Assembly (NCBI GenBank): GCA_001917855.1
Contig: MNEU01000063.1
Span: 1 to 61,551 of the forward strand
DNA: 61,551 nt
Source: Armatimonadetes bacterium 13_1_40CM_64_14
GTDB taxonomy: Bacteria > Sysuimicrobiota > Sysuimicrobiia > Sysuimicrobiales > Kaftiobacteriaceae
Reading direction: 5' to 3'
Under the pieces are notes generated by a model. That model did no database searches. It saw only the letters and a list, made by a program, of their open reading frames with translations, and was not told where the DNA came from. Each line of letters opens with the position of its first letter. The first letter of the stretch is position 1. Both the position numbers and the translations under genes were made by a program. Shown piece by piece: positions 41,152-51,290 of this stretch.

Positions 41152-42435
41152 GTGACCACTTCCGATACACATCGTGCGATTGACGCAGTCTACCGGATCG
41201 AGTCCGCCAAGCTCATCGCTGGGCTGACGCGGATTGTGCGCGATGTCGGGCTGGCCGAGGATCTCGCCCAGGACGCGCTCGTCGCTGCGCTCGAGCAGTG
41301 GCCGGAGTCGGGCATCCCGGATAAACCGGGCGCCTGGCTCATGGCCACGGCGAAGCATCGTGCCATCGATCTCTGGCGCCGCAACACGCGGCTGGAACGC
41401 AAGCACGAGGAACTCGGTCGCGAATTCGAGATCCAACAAAAGATAGCTGCGATAGATCTGGACGCCGCAATTGATGATCCCGTCGGCGACGATCTCCTGC
41501 GCCTCATGTTCATCTGCTGTCATCCGGTGCTTTCGACCGACGCGCGGGTCGCACTCACCCTCCGCCTGCTCGGGGGCCTAACCACCGAGGAAATCGCGCG
41601 TGCCTTCCTCGTCCCGGTGCCGACCATCGCCCAGCGGATCGTCCGGGCCAAGCGGACCCTGACCGAGGCACGTGTTCCCTTCGAGATTCCTCACGGGTCC
41701 GACCTCGCCGCCCGCCTTGCGTCAGTGCTCGAGGTCATCTATCTCGTCTTCAACGAAGGCTACGCGGCGACCGCCGGTGACGCCTGGATGCGTCCTGAGC
41801 TCTGCGAAGAGGCGCTCCGTCTGGGGCGGATCCTGACCGGGCTTCTGCCAAAGGAGCCGGAGGTCTGGGGCCTCGTCGCGCTAATGGAGATCCAGGCATC
41901 GCGGCTAAGAGCACGAATCGACCCGTCGGGGGAGCCCATTCTCCTCCTCGAGCAAGACCGCGCTCGCTGGGATCAACTCCTCATCCGCCGCGGTCTCGCC
42001 GCGCTCGCGCGCACCGAGGAACTCAGCGGCGCACTCGGCCCGTACGCACTCCAGGCCGCGATCGCCGCCTGTCACTCGCGGGCGCGGACGCCGGCGGAAA
42101 CAGACTGGGCGCGCATCGTCGCGCTCTACGATGCGCTCGCGCAGATCGCGCCGTCACCCGTGGTGGATCTGAATCGGGCTGTGGCCGTCGCTATGGCGTT
42201 CGGTCCGGCCGCGGGCCTGGAGCTCGTTGATGCGCTGACGTCGGAGCCGTCGCTGGAGGGTTACCATCTCTTGCCAAGTGCGCGCGGTGACCTATTGACA
42301 AAACTCGCCCGATTCGACGAGGCGCGTGCGGAGTTCGAGCGCGCGGCATCGATGACGCGAAACACCCGCGAGCGTCAGCTGCTCCTCGATCGCGCCGCCG
42401 CGTGCGCGCGGGGATCGGCGGCGCCACTCCGGTGA
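41152..42435 (+). CDS. ECF-type sigma-70 family factor with long C-terminal (DUF6596/TPR-like) extension
   Basis: Region 2 (DLAQDALVAALEQWP) and region 4 HTH (LTTEEIARAFLVPVPTIAQRIVRAKRTL), then ~230 aa of helical extension. Commonly linked to YCII genes. Confidence 0.8.
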   Translation: MTTSDTHRAIDAVYRIESAKLIAGLTRIVRDVGLAEDLAQDALVAALEQWPESGIPDKPGAWLMATAKHRAIDLWRRNTRLERKHEELGREFEIQQKIAAIDLDAAIDDPVGDDLLRLMFICCHPVLSTDARVALTLRLLGGLTTEEIARAFLVPVPTIAQRIVRAKRTLTEARVPFEIPHGSDLAARLASVLEVIYLVFNEGYAATAGDAWMRPELCEEALRLGRILTGLLPKEPEVWGLVALMEIQASRLRARIDPSGEPILLLEQDRARWDQLLIRRGLAALARTEELSGALGPYALQAAIAACHSRARTPAETDWARIVALYDALAQIAPSPVVDLNRAVAVAMAFGPAAGLELVDALTSEPSLEGYHLLPSARGDLLTKLARFDEARAEFERAASMTRNTRERQLLLDRAAACARGSAAPLR

Positions 42436-42465
42436 ACCGGATAGAGTAGTGGAGGAGGCGAAGGG

Positions 42466-42858
42466 ATGACCAAATCGAAAAATACCGCCCTGCTTATCCT
42501 GCGCTTGATTACTGCAGTCATATTCGTGCAGGCCGCCTATGCCAAGCTGATGTTTTGGTCCGGCACACCCGAGGGCATGCCCGCAGGCGTGGCGGCTATC
42601 ATGAAGCTGCTCTCGATCGTTGAGCCGCTGGGCGCGACGGCGGTTCTCGTCGGATTTCTGACACCTTGGGCTGCCAGTGGGCTTGCTATCATCCTGGTCG
42701 GGGCAATCTACGTCACGCAGTTCATCATGCAGATCGGTTTTGCGACGCCGACCGCGCCGGGCTGGAATTTTCCATTTGCGGTCCTTGGCGGCTGCATCGT
42801 GCTCATCGCGTTCGGAGCCGGCGGCTGGTCAGTAGATGCGAAGCTGGCTCGCCGATAA
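42466..42858 (+). CDS. DoxX-family membrane protein
   Basis: 130 aa with four hydrophobic helices and the LLILRL....F...A..KL pattern. Confidence 0.7.
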   Translation: MTKSKNTALLILRLITAVIFVQAAYAKLMFWSGTPEGMPAGVAAIMKLLSIVEPLGATAVLVGFLTPWAASGLAIILVGAIYVTQFIMQIGFATPTAPGWNFPFAVLGGCIVLIAFGAGGWSVDAKLARR

Positions 42859-42897
42859 GAGAGAATGCTCTCTGCCGTCTGGAACCGGGTGAGGGTA

Positions 42898-44628
42898 TCA
42901 ATCCCCGGAGCGAGCTAGTTCGTCCGCGACCGTGTCCATCAAAGGCGCAAGCGTTTCGTAATCGAACGAGAACTTCGCGCCAGCCGCTTCAAACAAGCGC
43001 GGCAGCGGTCTGGATCCGCCTAACGCCAAGGCCTGCCAGTAGCGCTCCACGGCCTCGCGGTGGTTGCTGAGGCTGTGCACCCAGATCTGCAACGCACCAG
43101 TCTCGGCGATGCCATATTCGATGTAGTAGAAGGGACTCAAGAACAGGTGTAGCTGGCGGTGCCAGGCGAAGTCCAGCGCTTCCTGGTATCCCGACCAGTC
43201 GACGACAGGGTTGAACCGCCGATATGTGTCGCCCCACATCCGCCGTCGCTCATCTCGAGTGTGGGTGGGGTGGGTGTAGACCCAGTGCTGGAAGGCGTCG
43301 ATCGTGGCGACCCACGGCAGGATGGTGACCGCATCTTCCAGGGTAGCGCGCACCGAGCGCTGATAGTCGTCGGGATTCCGATAGAAGACGTCCAGGTGGC
43401 GCGAGGCCAAAAGCTCCATGGACATCGAGGCAACCTCGGCGAACTCGTACGGCGTCGTGCGATAGTGAATCAAGGGTTGCTCGCGGGACGCGAACGTGTG
43501 AAACGCGTGCCCGCCTTCGTGCAGCATCAGGCGGATATCGTCGTCACGGCCGACGGCGTTGCCGAAGATGAACGGCCATCGCTTCTCATGTAGAGTGCTC
43601 TGGTAGCCGCCGGGAGCTTTCCCTTTGCGGCTATCCAGATCCAGCAGTTTCTCCTCCCACATGAAGTGAAACAGGTCTCCCAGGGACGAGTCGACCCTCC
43701 GGAACACCTCCTCAGTGCCGGCGATCAGCTCAGCCATCGTGGCAAACGGCCGCAGTGGCGGTCGGTGGCGGGGATCCACGAGCACATCCCACGGCCGCAG
43801 GCGATCGACACCGAGGAGGCGCTGGCGGTGTTCCAGGATCTGGCGGACCAGCGGGACGGTGGCGCGTTCGACCCCGGCGTGGAAGCGAAAACAGTCCTCG
43901 GGGGTATAGTCAAACCGCCGTCGACGTCGAAACGCGTAGTCCCGATAATTCTCAAAGCCGGCGTTGACGGCGATCTGGGTCCGCAGGGCCACCATCTTGT
44001 CGTACAGATCCTCGAGGGCGTCCTTGTCCTGAAGCCGCCGGGCGGTGACCAGTTCCCAAACCTCCTGGCGCACGGAGCGGTCGGGTTCTTCCAGGTGTTT
44101 GGCCGCCTGGGGGAGCGTGAGTTCCTCGCCGTGGTAACGGACGGTCATCGCGCCGGTGCGTTTCTGGTAGTCCTTCATGAACAGCGCATCCTGGGTTTCC
44201 AGAGGGACGTTGGCGTCCCGGTAGAGGGCCACGTCGTTCTCCACGATGCGGTCCATCACTCCATAGAGGGCCATTGGCAGAAGCCGACGGTACGGCATGG
44301 CGAGGTAGAGAGTTTCTAGCGCATGCCACTGCGGCTTCACCCTGGGCTCGATGTGCTCGATGAACTCCTGGTAGGCGGCCTCCCGCGCCGCGTCGTCCGT
44401 CTGCCTGGTCATCGCAATGTAGCGCGTCGCGCGCTCTTCGGCGATCGCGGCCGACAGTTCCGAGATGTCGGCCAGCCACGCCTCCAACTCCTCCACTGAG
44501 GTGATGGCCCGCTCCCGTAGCGCGCCAAACAGCGGTTCGATCTGCGCCCAGTCGCCCATGTCCGCGTCCCGGGGAACGAACTCACGGGGAAAAGCCCGGC
44601 GCGGGTCAACCTGCACTAGGTTTTGCAC
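42898..44628 (-). CDS. M3-family oligoendopeptidase (PepF-like)
   Basis: Zinc motif LHEGGHAFH (HExxH) with downstream EVAS; ~576 aa, typical of M3B peptidases. Confidence 0.85.
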   Translation of the reverse strand: MQNLVQVDPRRAFPREFVPRDADMGDWAQIEPLFGALRERAITSVEELEAWLADISELSAAIAEERATRYIAMTRQTDDAAREAAYQEFIEHIEPRVKPQWHALETLYLAMPYRRLLPMALYGVMDRIVENDVALYRDANVPLETQDALFMKDYQKRTGAMTVRYHGEELTLPQAAKHLEEPDRSVRQEVWELVTARRLQDKDALEDLYDKMVALRTQIAVNAGFENYRDYAFRRRRRFDYTPEDCFRFHAGVERATVPLVRQILEHRQRLLGVDRLRPWDVLVDPRHRPPLRPFATMAELIAGTEEVFRRVDSSLGDLFHFMWEEKLLDLDSRKGKAPGGYQSTLHEKRWPFIFGNAVGRDDDIRLMLHEGGHAFHTFASREQPLIHYRTTPYEFAEVASMSMELLASRHLDVFYRNPDDYQRSVRATLEDAVTILPWVATIDAFQHWVYTHPTHTRDERRRMWGDTYRRFNPVVDWSGYQEALDFAWHRQLHLFLSPFYYIEYGIAETGALQIWVHSLSNHREAVERYWQALALGGSRPLPRLFEAAGAKFSFDYETLAPLMDTVADELARSGD

Positions 44629-44737
44629 TCTGGATCTCCTCCGACTGCCCTGAGGGGTTGTGCACGCTTGAAGCGGTAACAGTCATAGTTGCAGACGCTG
44701 CGGGGGAAATCCTCCTGCGTCGACCGAATATCGCCGC

Positions 44738-46000
44738 ATGCATGTTCGCCTCGCGGCCCTCGCTGCCGGGATCGGTGTGGTCCTGGCGGTGCCGCCGGCC
44801 GCGTTCGGTGGTGCGGCCCCGCAACTCGTCCTGTGGATGGAACCCTCGGCGAATCTGCCCACGCTGAGCACGCGCGCGGGCGTGGCCGCCGCCCTCGATC
44901 GCGCGAAGGCAGCCGGGGTCACCGTTGTAATCCCCGAAGCCAAGACCGCCTGGGGGTTCGTCACCTACCGCAGCGAGTTCGCACCCTCCATCGGTTCGTC
45001 GACGATTTCGCGGCCGTATCCCCCGGAGTACGCCGCGCCCGCGACATGGTATCCCGCCGACTACGACATGCTGCAGGTGATCATCGAAGAAGCGCACGCG
45101 CGCGGGCTGCAGGTTCACGCGGCTGTGAACGTCTTCGGCGAGGGCTACAATCCCGCCCAGGTCGGGACCCTCTTCGCGCATCCGTCCTGGCAGGCGCAGC
45201 ATGCGAGCTTCGTGTTGGGCGTGGTCCCCTCATCGCAAGTCGGACAGATCGCCTTCGCCAACCCGGCCCTACAGGAGGTCCAGCTCTACGAACTGGCGAT
45301 CATCGGCGAGATCCTCCAACACTACGCCGTGGACGGCATTGTGCTGGATCGGCTCCGCTATCCTGACATTACCGCTGACGTCTCAGATGACAGCCGTCAG
45401 CGTTTTGAACAGTGGCTGGGGCATCCAGTGGCGCACTGGCCGGATGACGTCGTACAGGTCGAGGACTACCGCACCCTCCCCGGTCCTCTCTCCCCTCAGT
45501 GGGCAGCGTGGCGCGCCAGCATTATCCAGAAGTTCACATACGCCGCCTCCGTTGTGGTGCGCAGGATGCGGCCGGACGTGGCCTTTGCCGCATACGTCGG
45601 GGGCTGGTATCCACTCTATTGGAACGAGGGCGTCAACTGGGCTGCTCCGGATGCTCCCCTGCCGATTTCCTGGGCCACGCCCCAGTGGCGGGAGGCCGCG
45701 ATCGCACCCTACTTCGACTACCTGATGGTGGGGTTGTACTATCCGGAAATCTCGTGGGTGGATGCCGTGCGCGAACACCTTCCGGTGTGGGCCAGCATCG
45801 AGGGCGGAGCGTACATGGCGCGGACGCTGACGGCGGGAGCCACGACCCCGGTGGGCAGCTTGCTCTTGCCCATGTACGAGGGGCAGCCAGAGGTGTTTCG
45901 TGCGGCGCTGCGCAGCCTGCGCCGGCAGAGCGGCGGCGTCATGCTATTTGATCTCGTGTTCGTGGAGCGTTACGGCTGGTGGGATCTCCTGCGACCCTAA
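44738..46000 (+). CDS. secreted glycoside-hydrolase-like protein (GHL10 / DUF187, YngK-like)
   Basis: Signal peptide, then the TIM-barrel-like pattern common to GHL10 proteins (GV..V..E.K...G...Y.S...P; DGIVLDR.RYP). Confidence 0.55.
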   Translation: MHVRLAALAAGIGVVLAVPPAAFGGAAPQLVLWMEPSANLPTLSTRAGVAAALDRAKAAGVTVVIPEAKTAWGFVTYRSEFAPSIGSSTISRPYPPEYAAPATWYPADYDMLQVIIEEAHARGLQVHAAVNVFGEGYNPAQVGTLFAHPSWQAQHASFVLGVVPSSQVGQIAFANPALQEVQLYELAIIGEILQHYAVDGIVLDRLRYPDITADVSDDSRQRFEQWLGHPVAHWPDDVVQVEDYRTLPGPLSPQWAAWRASIIQKFTYAASVVVRRMRPDVAFAAYVGGWYPLYWNEGVNWAAPDAPLPISWATPQWREAAIAPYFDYLMVGLYYPEISWVDAVREHLPVWASIEGGAYMARTLTAGATTPVGSLLLPMYEGQPEVFRAALRSLRRQSGGVMLFDLVFVERYGWWDLLRP

Positions 46001-46003
46001 ACG

Positions 46004-46378
46004 TCAGGGCTGCACCTTCAGCGAGGCGATCATACCGGCCTCTCGGTGCCCCGCCAGATCGCAGTAGATCGTGTGCGCGCCGGCCCGGAGCGTCACCGTC
46101 AGCTTCTCCGTCTTTCCCGGCAAGATCGATGCGATCTTGCCGACCGTTTTCTTGGCAGGGTCGTCTATGAGGAAGGTGTGCTCGATGGATCCGGTGTTTG
46201 TGACATCGAACTCCACCGCGCCCGGCGGCACCGTGATCTGCTTGGGCTCGTAGGCGAACTCAAAGGCCTTCACCTTGACTATCCGCGGCGCGGCCGCTGT
46301 GCCCCAGCGGGGCGAGAGCGCGAGGCCCACAACCAGAAGTCCTACTGCTAGTAGTGCGGCGCGTGATCGCTGTGTCAT
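46004..46378 (-). CDS. cupredoxin (type-1 blue copper protein-like) with signal/anchor peptide
   Basis: Copper ligand pattern H (SIEHTF) ... C-x4-H-x4-M (YCDLAGHREAGM). ATGA overlap with the upstream Mo-enzyme stop. Confidence 0.75.
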   Translation of the reverse strand: MTQRSRAALLAVGLLVVGLALSPRWGTAAAPRIVKVKAFEFAYEPKQITVPPGAVEFDVTNTGSIEHTFLIDDPAKKTVGKIASILPGKTEKLTVTLRAGAHTIYCDLAGHREAGMIASLKVQP

Positions 46379-47619
46379 GGTCGTATCGTCAGGGGGTGTC
46401 CGATCACCGCGTTGAACAAGTACCCCAGCTCATTGAAGGGCACCGTGGCAGGCTGCCGGTTTCCCTGCTCGTCGGTCGCCCGGGCCCGTAAGCTGTAGCT
46501 TCCGGGCTTCGCCTCCCACTCGAAATCCCACCGCACCCAAGCGCGGGGGATGTTGGGCTCGCGCAGCGTCGCCGTTTGCCACGTGATGCCGCGGTCGACG
46601 CTGTATTCCACGCGGGTGATCTTGCCAAAGGGCGACCAGGAGCGCCCGCGGATGGTCCGACGGCCCGCGGGCAACTCGCCATCCCAGGGCACCTCGAAGG
46701 CACTTTTCGGACTCTGGGTTGTCAGCACGGGACCCTTGGCTGGTGGGACGGGGGCGTAGTCGGGCCCGATGAGCACGTAGTTATCCGTATTCCACGGGGT
46801 GAAGAGCGGTTGCTCGGAGACCTCCAGGCGTCCGACCCATTTGACGTTCGCGACTCCTACCCAACCCGGAGCAAGCACGCGGACCGGGAAGCCGTGGTCG
46901 GGTGGCAGCGGCGATCCGTTCATGGCGTAGACGAGCAATGTATCGTCTTCGAGAGCCTTGGCGATCGACATCGGTCGGCGGACACGCAGTTCGTCCAGGC
47001 CTTCGGGCATGACATCTCGGGCCGTCTGCTTGAGCCCGGCGCGGTCCAAGACCTCTCGCAGGGGCACGCCCGTCCATTCGGCGACGCCGATCGCGCCGAG
47101 TTTCCACTGAGTGCCGGAAGCACGCTTTCCGTAGGCACCCTCAAAGAAGCTCCGGCCGTTCCCCGCGCACTCCACGTAGCGAATGACCGACGTCTCCGGC
47201 AGGCTCAAGATGTCGTCATAGCTGAGCTCCAGCGGGCGGGAGACACCCGAGCCCTCGACTTTGAGCCGCCATGTGCTGGCCTCGATGCGGGGCGTGCGGC
47301 TGTGGTCCCGCACAAAGAAGAGCTCGTTGGGGACGAGATACCCGCGCCCTGCCATGTTCTCCCACCGCATCTCCTTGTTGCTGGCGAAATCGTAGAACCA
47401 CTCTGGGGGCGTCGGTTTGACAATCAGATCAGCGGGCGCGGCTTGACTCCCATTTCCTGCGCGTCCGAGCGTGTCAGCGGCTGCCAGCGCCGCTGCGCTT
47501 GCGGCGAGCTGCAGAAAGCGCCGGCGGGAGACCCCTAGCGCGTGAGCTCGATGCCACGCAAGTTCGTCAGCGCGTGTCTGGAGGTAGAGGGCCTCATCAC
47601 GCAGGTCATCCTGTTTCAT
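46375..47619 (-). CDS. sulfite-oxidase-family molybdopterin oxidoreductase (SorA-like), Tat-exported
   Basis: Twin-arginine signal SRRRFLQLAASAAALAA, Moco cysteine motif YVECAGNGRS, and C-terminal Ig-like dimerisation domain. Confidence 0.82.
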   Translation of the reverse strand: MKQDDLRDEALYLQTRADELAWHRAHALGVSRRRFLQLAASAAALAAADTLGRAGNGSQAAPADLIVKPTPPEWFYDFASNKEMRWENMAGRGYLVPNELFFVRDHSRTPRIEASTWRLKVEGSGVSRPLELSYDDILSLPETSVIRYVECAGNGRSFFEGAYGKRASGTQWKLGAIGVAEWTGVPLREVLDRAGLKQTARDVMPEGLDELRVRRPMSIAKALEDDTLLVYAMNGSPLPPDHGFPVRVLAPGWVGVANVKWVGRLEVSEQPLFTPWNTDNYVLIGPDYAPVPPAKGPVLTTQSPKSAFEVPWDGELPAGRRTIRGRSWSPFGKITRVEYSVDRGITWQTATLREPNIPRAWVRWDFEWEAKPGSYSLRARATDEQGNRQPATVPFNELGYLFNAVIGHPLTIRP

Positions 47620-47713
47620 AGCACGCGCCTCCTGACCGCTGTGACATGCGCTCGTCGTCTCGAGGGTACCTCGACATTCGGTCCGCGCGGCGCGAGGTCC
47701 TGTGCGGGATCGG

Positions 47714-48505
47714 CTACTGCTCCTGGGCGATTCCCATGAGATGCATGCCGCTGTCGACGAAGATGGTATTGCCGGTTACCGCACGCGAGAGGTCGCTCGC
47801 CAAAAACACAGCAACATCGCCGACCTCCTCTTGGGTCACATTTCTGCGGAGGGGCGCCGTCTGCTCGGTCAAATCGCGCAATTTGCTGATGCCCTTCACC
47901 GCGCTGCTCGCCAGCGTCTTGATTGCGCCCGCCGAGATCGCGTTCACTCGGATCTGACGGGGTCCGAGCTCCGAGGCCAGGTAACGGACCTCCGTCTCGA
48001 GAGCGGCCTTCGCGACCGCCATCACGTTGTAGCCGGGGACGACCCGGTTGACGGCGTTATAGGTCATGGAGAAGATGCTGCCGCCCCCGGCGGCCGCGAG
48101 GAGCGGGGCGGCATGGCGGGCGACGGGGATCAGCGAGTACGCGCTGATGTCCAGGGCGAGGGCGTAGCCGCTGCGGGAAATCTCTGGGAACGGGCGCGCG
48201 AGATCCTCGCGGGTGGCAAACGCGATGCAGTGCGCGACGGCGTCCAGGCGGCCCCAGCGGTCCTGCAGGCCGGCAAAGACGGCTTGGACCTGCTCGTCGT
48301 TTTGCACATCGCAAGGGAACGTGGGAAACGTGGCGTGTCCGCCGATGGTGTCGAGCAAGGCGTCGAGGTTCTCTTTCAACCGCTCGCCCTGGTAGGTGAA
48401 CGCCAAGGTGGCCCCTTCACGGTGAAACGCGCTGGCGATGCCCCAGGCGATGCTGCGCTGGTTGGCGACGCCCATGATCAACGCTTGCTTGCCCTTGAGC
48501 AGCAC
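47714..48505 (-). CDS. fabI: enoyl-[acyl-carrier-protein] reductase (NADH) FabI
   Basis: GKQALIMGVANQRSIAWGIA N-terminus and Tyr-x6-Lys (YNVMAVAKAALE). Confidence 0.92.
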   Translation of the reverse strand: MLLKGKQALIMGVANQRSIAWGIASAFHREGATLAFTYQGERLKENLDALLDTIGGHATFPTFPCDVQNDEQVQAVFAGLQDRWGRLDAVAHCIAFATREDLARPFPEISRSGYALALDISAYSLIPVARHAAPLLAAAGGGSIFSMTYNAVNRVVPGYNVMAVAKAALETEVRYLASELGPRQIRVNAISAGAIKTLASSAVKGISKLRDLTEQTAPLRRNVTQEEVGDVAVFLASDLSRAVTGNTIFVDSGMHLMGIAQEQ

Positions 48506-48552
48506 ACCTCTTCCTCCTCAACGTGCGCCCGCGCGGGGAGGGACCTCCGGAT

Positions 48553-49494
48553 TTACCCCAATGCCTCGCGGGCCCGCTCGTCTGACTTGCGGATGTAGCG
48601 CATCAAACCCAGGACACTTTGCCGGACCGGCATGATGACCTCGTAGCGCGCCCGCGCACCCGGCCCGTCGCGGCGCGCGATCGCCTGGAGAGCATCCTCG
48701 CGCGCGCGGGCGATGATGCTGGTCTCGTCCTCGCCGGCGGCCATGGCGTTTTGCACAAAGTGCAGGTTCTGGTGGAGACTGTCGTCGAGTTGAGCCAGGA
48801 TGTCGTCTACTGCGTTGTGGGGGCCAAAGTGCGTGAGCAGCAAGCGTTTGGAACGGAGCCCGCGCACTTTCTGCAGCGAGTGCTCCCAGGCCGGGATGTC
48901 TAGTTCCGGCGGCGGCGTGGGAGCCCGCACGTAGTGCGAGCCAGGAAGCGCCACCCCCGCGAGATCTCCAGTGAAGAGATCTCCGGTGGTGCGATCCCAG
49001 TAGACGTGGTGATGCCGCGCGTGGCCTGGGGTATCCACGGCGGCCAGTCGGCGTCCGCCGAGCTGGACGGTCTCGCCATCTGCGAGCGCGCGGACCCGGT
49101 CAGCGGGAATGGGGATGACCTCGCCAAACAGCCGGCCCATGTCCTCGCCGTACAGCCGGGTCGCACTCGCGACGAGCTTGGTGGGATCGATCAGGTGAGG
49201 AGCTCCGATCGGATGCACGTACACCTGCAGGTGCGGGAACCGCTGCACGAGTGCGCCAGCGCCGCCTGCATGGTCGAGGTGGATGTGCGTGACGGCGATC
49301 GCCTGCAAGGCGGCGGGATCGAGGCCCGCCTCCCGCACACCGGCCAGCAAATTCTCCACCGTCGCGGTGGGACCCGTCTCCACCAATGCGGGCTGCGCGC
49401 CCAAGATCAAGTAGGCGCAGTCGACTTGGGCGGTGTTGTCGTAGTTGAGGTCGATGACGACGAGGTCATCGGCGATTTTTTGAATTCGGCTCAT
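48553..49494 (-). CDS. MBL-fold metallo-hydrolase
   Basis: HxHxDH motif (THIHLDHAGG) and downstream TPGH. Confidence 0.8.
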   Translation of the reverse strand: MSRIQKIADDLVVIDLNYDNTAQVDCAYLILGAQPALVETGPTATVENLLAGVREAGLDPAALQAIAVTHIHLDHAGGAGALVQRFPHLQVYVHPIGAPHLIDPTKLVASATRLYGEDMGRLFGEVIPIPADRVRALADGETVQLGGRRLAAVDTPGHARHHHVYWDRTTGDLFTGDLAGVALPGSHYVRAPTPPPELDIPAWEHSLQKVRGLRSKRLLLTHFGPHNAVDDILAQLDDSLHQNLHFVQNAMAAGEDETSIIARAREDALQAIARRDGPGARARYEVIMPVRQSVLGLMRYIRKSDERAREALG

Positions 49495-49709
49495 CTACTC
49501 ATTCGGGTGATGCGGCACGACTCTATGCCGCCGATGCCCACACCACGATACTACAGCTCCTCCGCGGATGCACGACCACCCCCTGCTGCGGCACCTGGGT
49601 GCATGTCGACGGCGGTCTGCACTGTCGCAGGAATCATCCGGGGGAATTCGAAGACTACAGGACCGTCCACTCTCTGGGCGGGCTCCCTACGCTAAAGGAG
49701 GCTATCGCC

Positions 49710-51287
49710 GTGCGAATCAGGTTTGTGCTTGCCATGGTGGTGATCGGGACACTGCTTGGACCCCAGATGTCGTCGCGTGCCGCTACAGCAGCGGACACAC
49801 TGGTGTACGTGAATGACATCAGCGACATGATTTCCCTTGATCCGGCGGTGGCCTACGAGTTCAGCGGGATCCTGGCCGCGACGAACATTTACGACACCCT
49901 GGTCGCGTTTGAAGGCGAAGACTTGACCACGCTCAAGCCGCGGCTGGCGCAGTCGTGGTTCATCCGCGACAACGGAAGCCGGTGGGCGGTCACGCTCAAA
50001 CTGCGGCCGGGGGTCAAGTTCAGCACCGGCCGTCCGGTTACGGCCAAAGCGGTCGCGTTCTCCTTTGACCGCGTCATCGCCTTGAACAAGTCCCCGGCCT
50101 TCCTGTTCAAAGAGGTCGCCGGGATGAATGAAGGCGACACGATTCCCGTCGGGACGGACACGGTCGTGGTGAGCCTCCCGAAGACGGCGAGCCCGCAAGC
50201 CTTCCTCTCCGTCCTCACGTTCACGGTCGCCGCTATCGTGGATCCCGACGAAGTGATGGCGCATCAGGTGGGAACTGATCGTGGAGAGGCGTGGCTGCGG
50301 AATCACTCCGCGGGCACCGGGCCCTACACGCTGGACCGATGGGATCCGGAGTCGCGCGTGGTGCTCGTGGCCAATCCTAACTACTGGGGGCCGAAACCCA
50401 ATCTCCCGCGCGTGATCATCTCGCATGTGCCCGAAAGCAGCACGCAAAAATTCCTGCTGGAATCGGGTGATGCGGACATCGCGGCCGATCTGTCCCCCGA
50501 GCAGGCGCGCGATCTGGCCACCAAGCCCAACGTCGCCGTTCAAAAGGGCAAGCTGTTGCAGCTCGTATACATCGGGATGAACGCCAAACTCCCTCCGCTG
50601 GATAATCCGAAAGTCCGGGAGGCTATTCGCGCCAGCATCGACTATGACGGGATCATCCGCAACCTGCTGCGGGGAGAAGCGCGTAAAGTCCAGACCATCG
50701 TCCCCGAAGGCCTCTTCGGCTTCAACCCCTCCGCGCCGTTCCAGCAGGATATCGCCCAGGCTAAGCGGCTGTTGCAAGAGGCCGGGAAAGGCGAGGGGTT
50801 CTCGATTGAACTGTTGGTGCCCACCGGACCGGCTCCCGGCGGGGTGAAGTGGGCGGACCTCGGGGCGAAAGTCCAAAGTGACCTAGCGCAGGTGGGCATC
50901 AAGGTGGAGATCAAGGAGACGGCGCAGGCGCAGCTGTTGAACGTCTACCGAGCCCAGAAAGGGCAGATGGTGATGATCTTGTGGGGACCGGACTTCCCTG
51001 ATCCGGACGGGAATGCTACGCCCTTTGCCGACTACGACGCAAAATCGCTCGCGTGGCGGAACCAGTACAGCGATGCCGACGCCGCCAAGCTGGCCAAGCA
51101 GGCCGCCCTGGAACCGGACCTCATGAAGCGTCAGGCGCTGTACCGCCAGCTCACCGAAAAAGTGCTCCACGAGGGTCCGTATGTGATTCTCTATCAACCG
51201 CTGAAGCGGTTTGGGCTGCGCGCGAACGTGTCTGGGTTTGTCTGGAACCCGATGGCATTTGCTGAGTTCCGCACCGTCAGCAAGTAG
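49710..51287 (+). CDS. ABC transporter substrate-binding protein, family 5 (peptide/nickel type)
   Basis: GTG at 49710 lies 8 nt after AAGGAGG. Signal peptide, then an SBP_bac_5 pattern (W..ANPNYWG.KP...). Confidence 0.85.
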   Translation: MRIRFVLAMVVIGTLLGPQMSSRAATAADTLVYVNDISDMISLDPAVAYEFSGILAATNIYDTLVAFEGEDLTTLKPRLAQSWFIRDNGSRWAVTLKLRPGVKFSTGRPVTAKAVAFSFDRVIALNKSPAFLFKEVAGMNEGDTIPVGTDTVVVSLPKTASPQAFLSVLTFTVAAIVDPDEVMAHQVGTDRGEAWLRNHSAGTGPYTLDRWDPESRVVLVANPNYWGPKPNLPRVIISHVPESSTQKFLLESGDADIAADLSPEQARDLATKPNVAVQKGKLLQLVYIGMNAKLPPLDNPKVREAIRASIDYDGIIRNLLRGEARKVQTIVPEGLFGFNPSAPFQQDIAQAKRLLQEAGKGEGFSIELLVPTGPAPGGVKWADLGAKVQSDLAQVGIKVEIKETAQAQLLNVYRAQKGQMVMILWGPDFPDPDGNATPFADYDAKSLAWRNQYSDADAAKLAKQAALEPDLMKRQALYRQLTEKVLHEGPYVILYQPLKRFGLRANVSGFVWNPMAFAEFRTVSK

Positions 51288-51290
51288 GAT

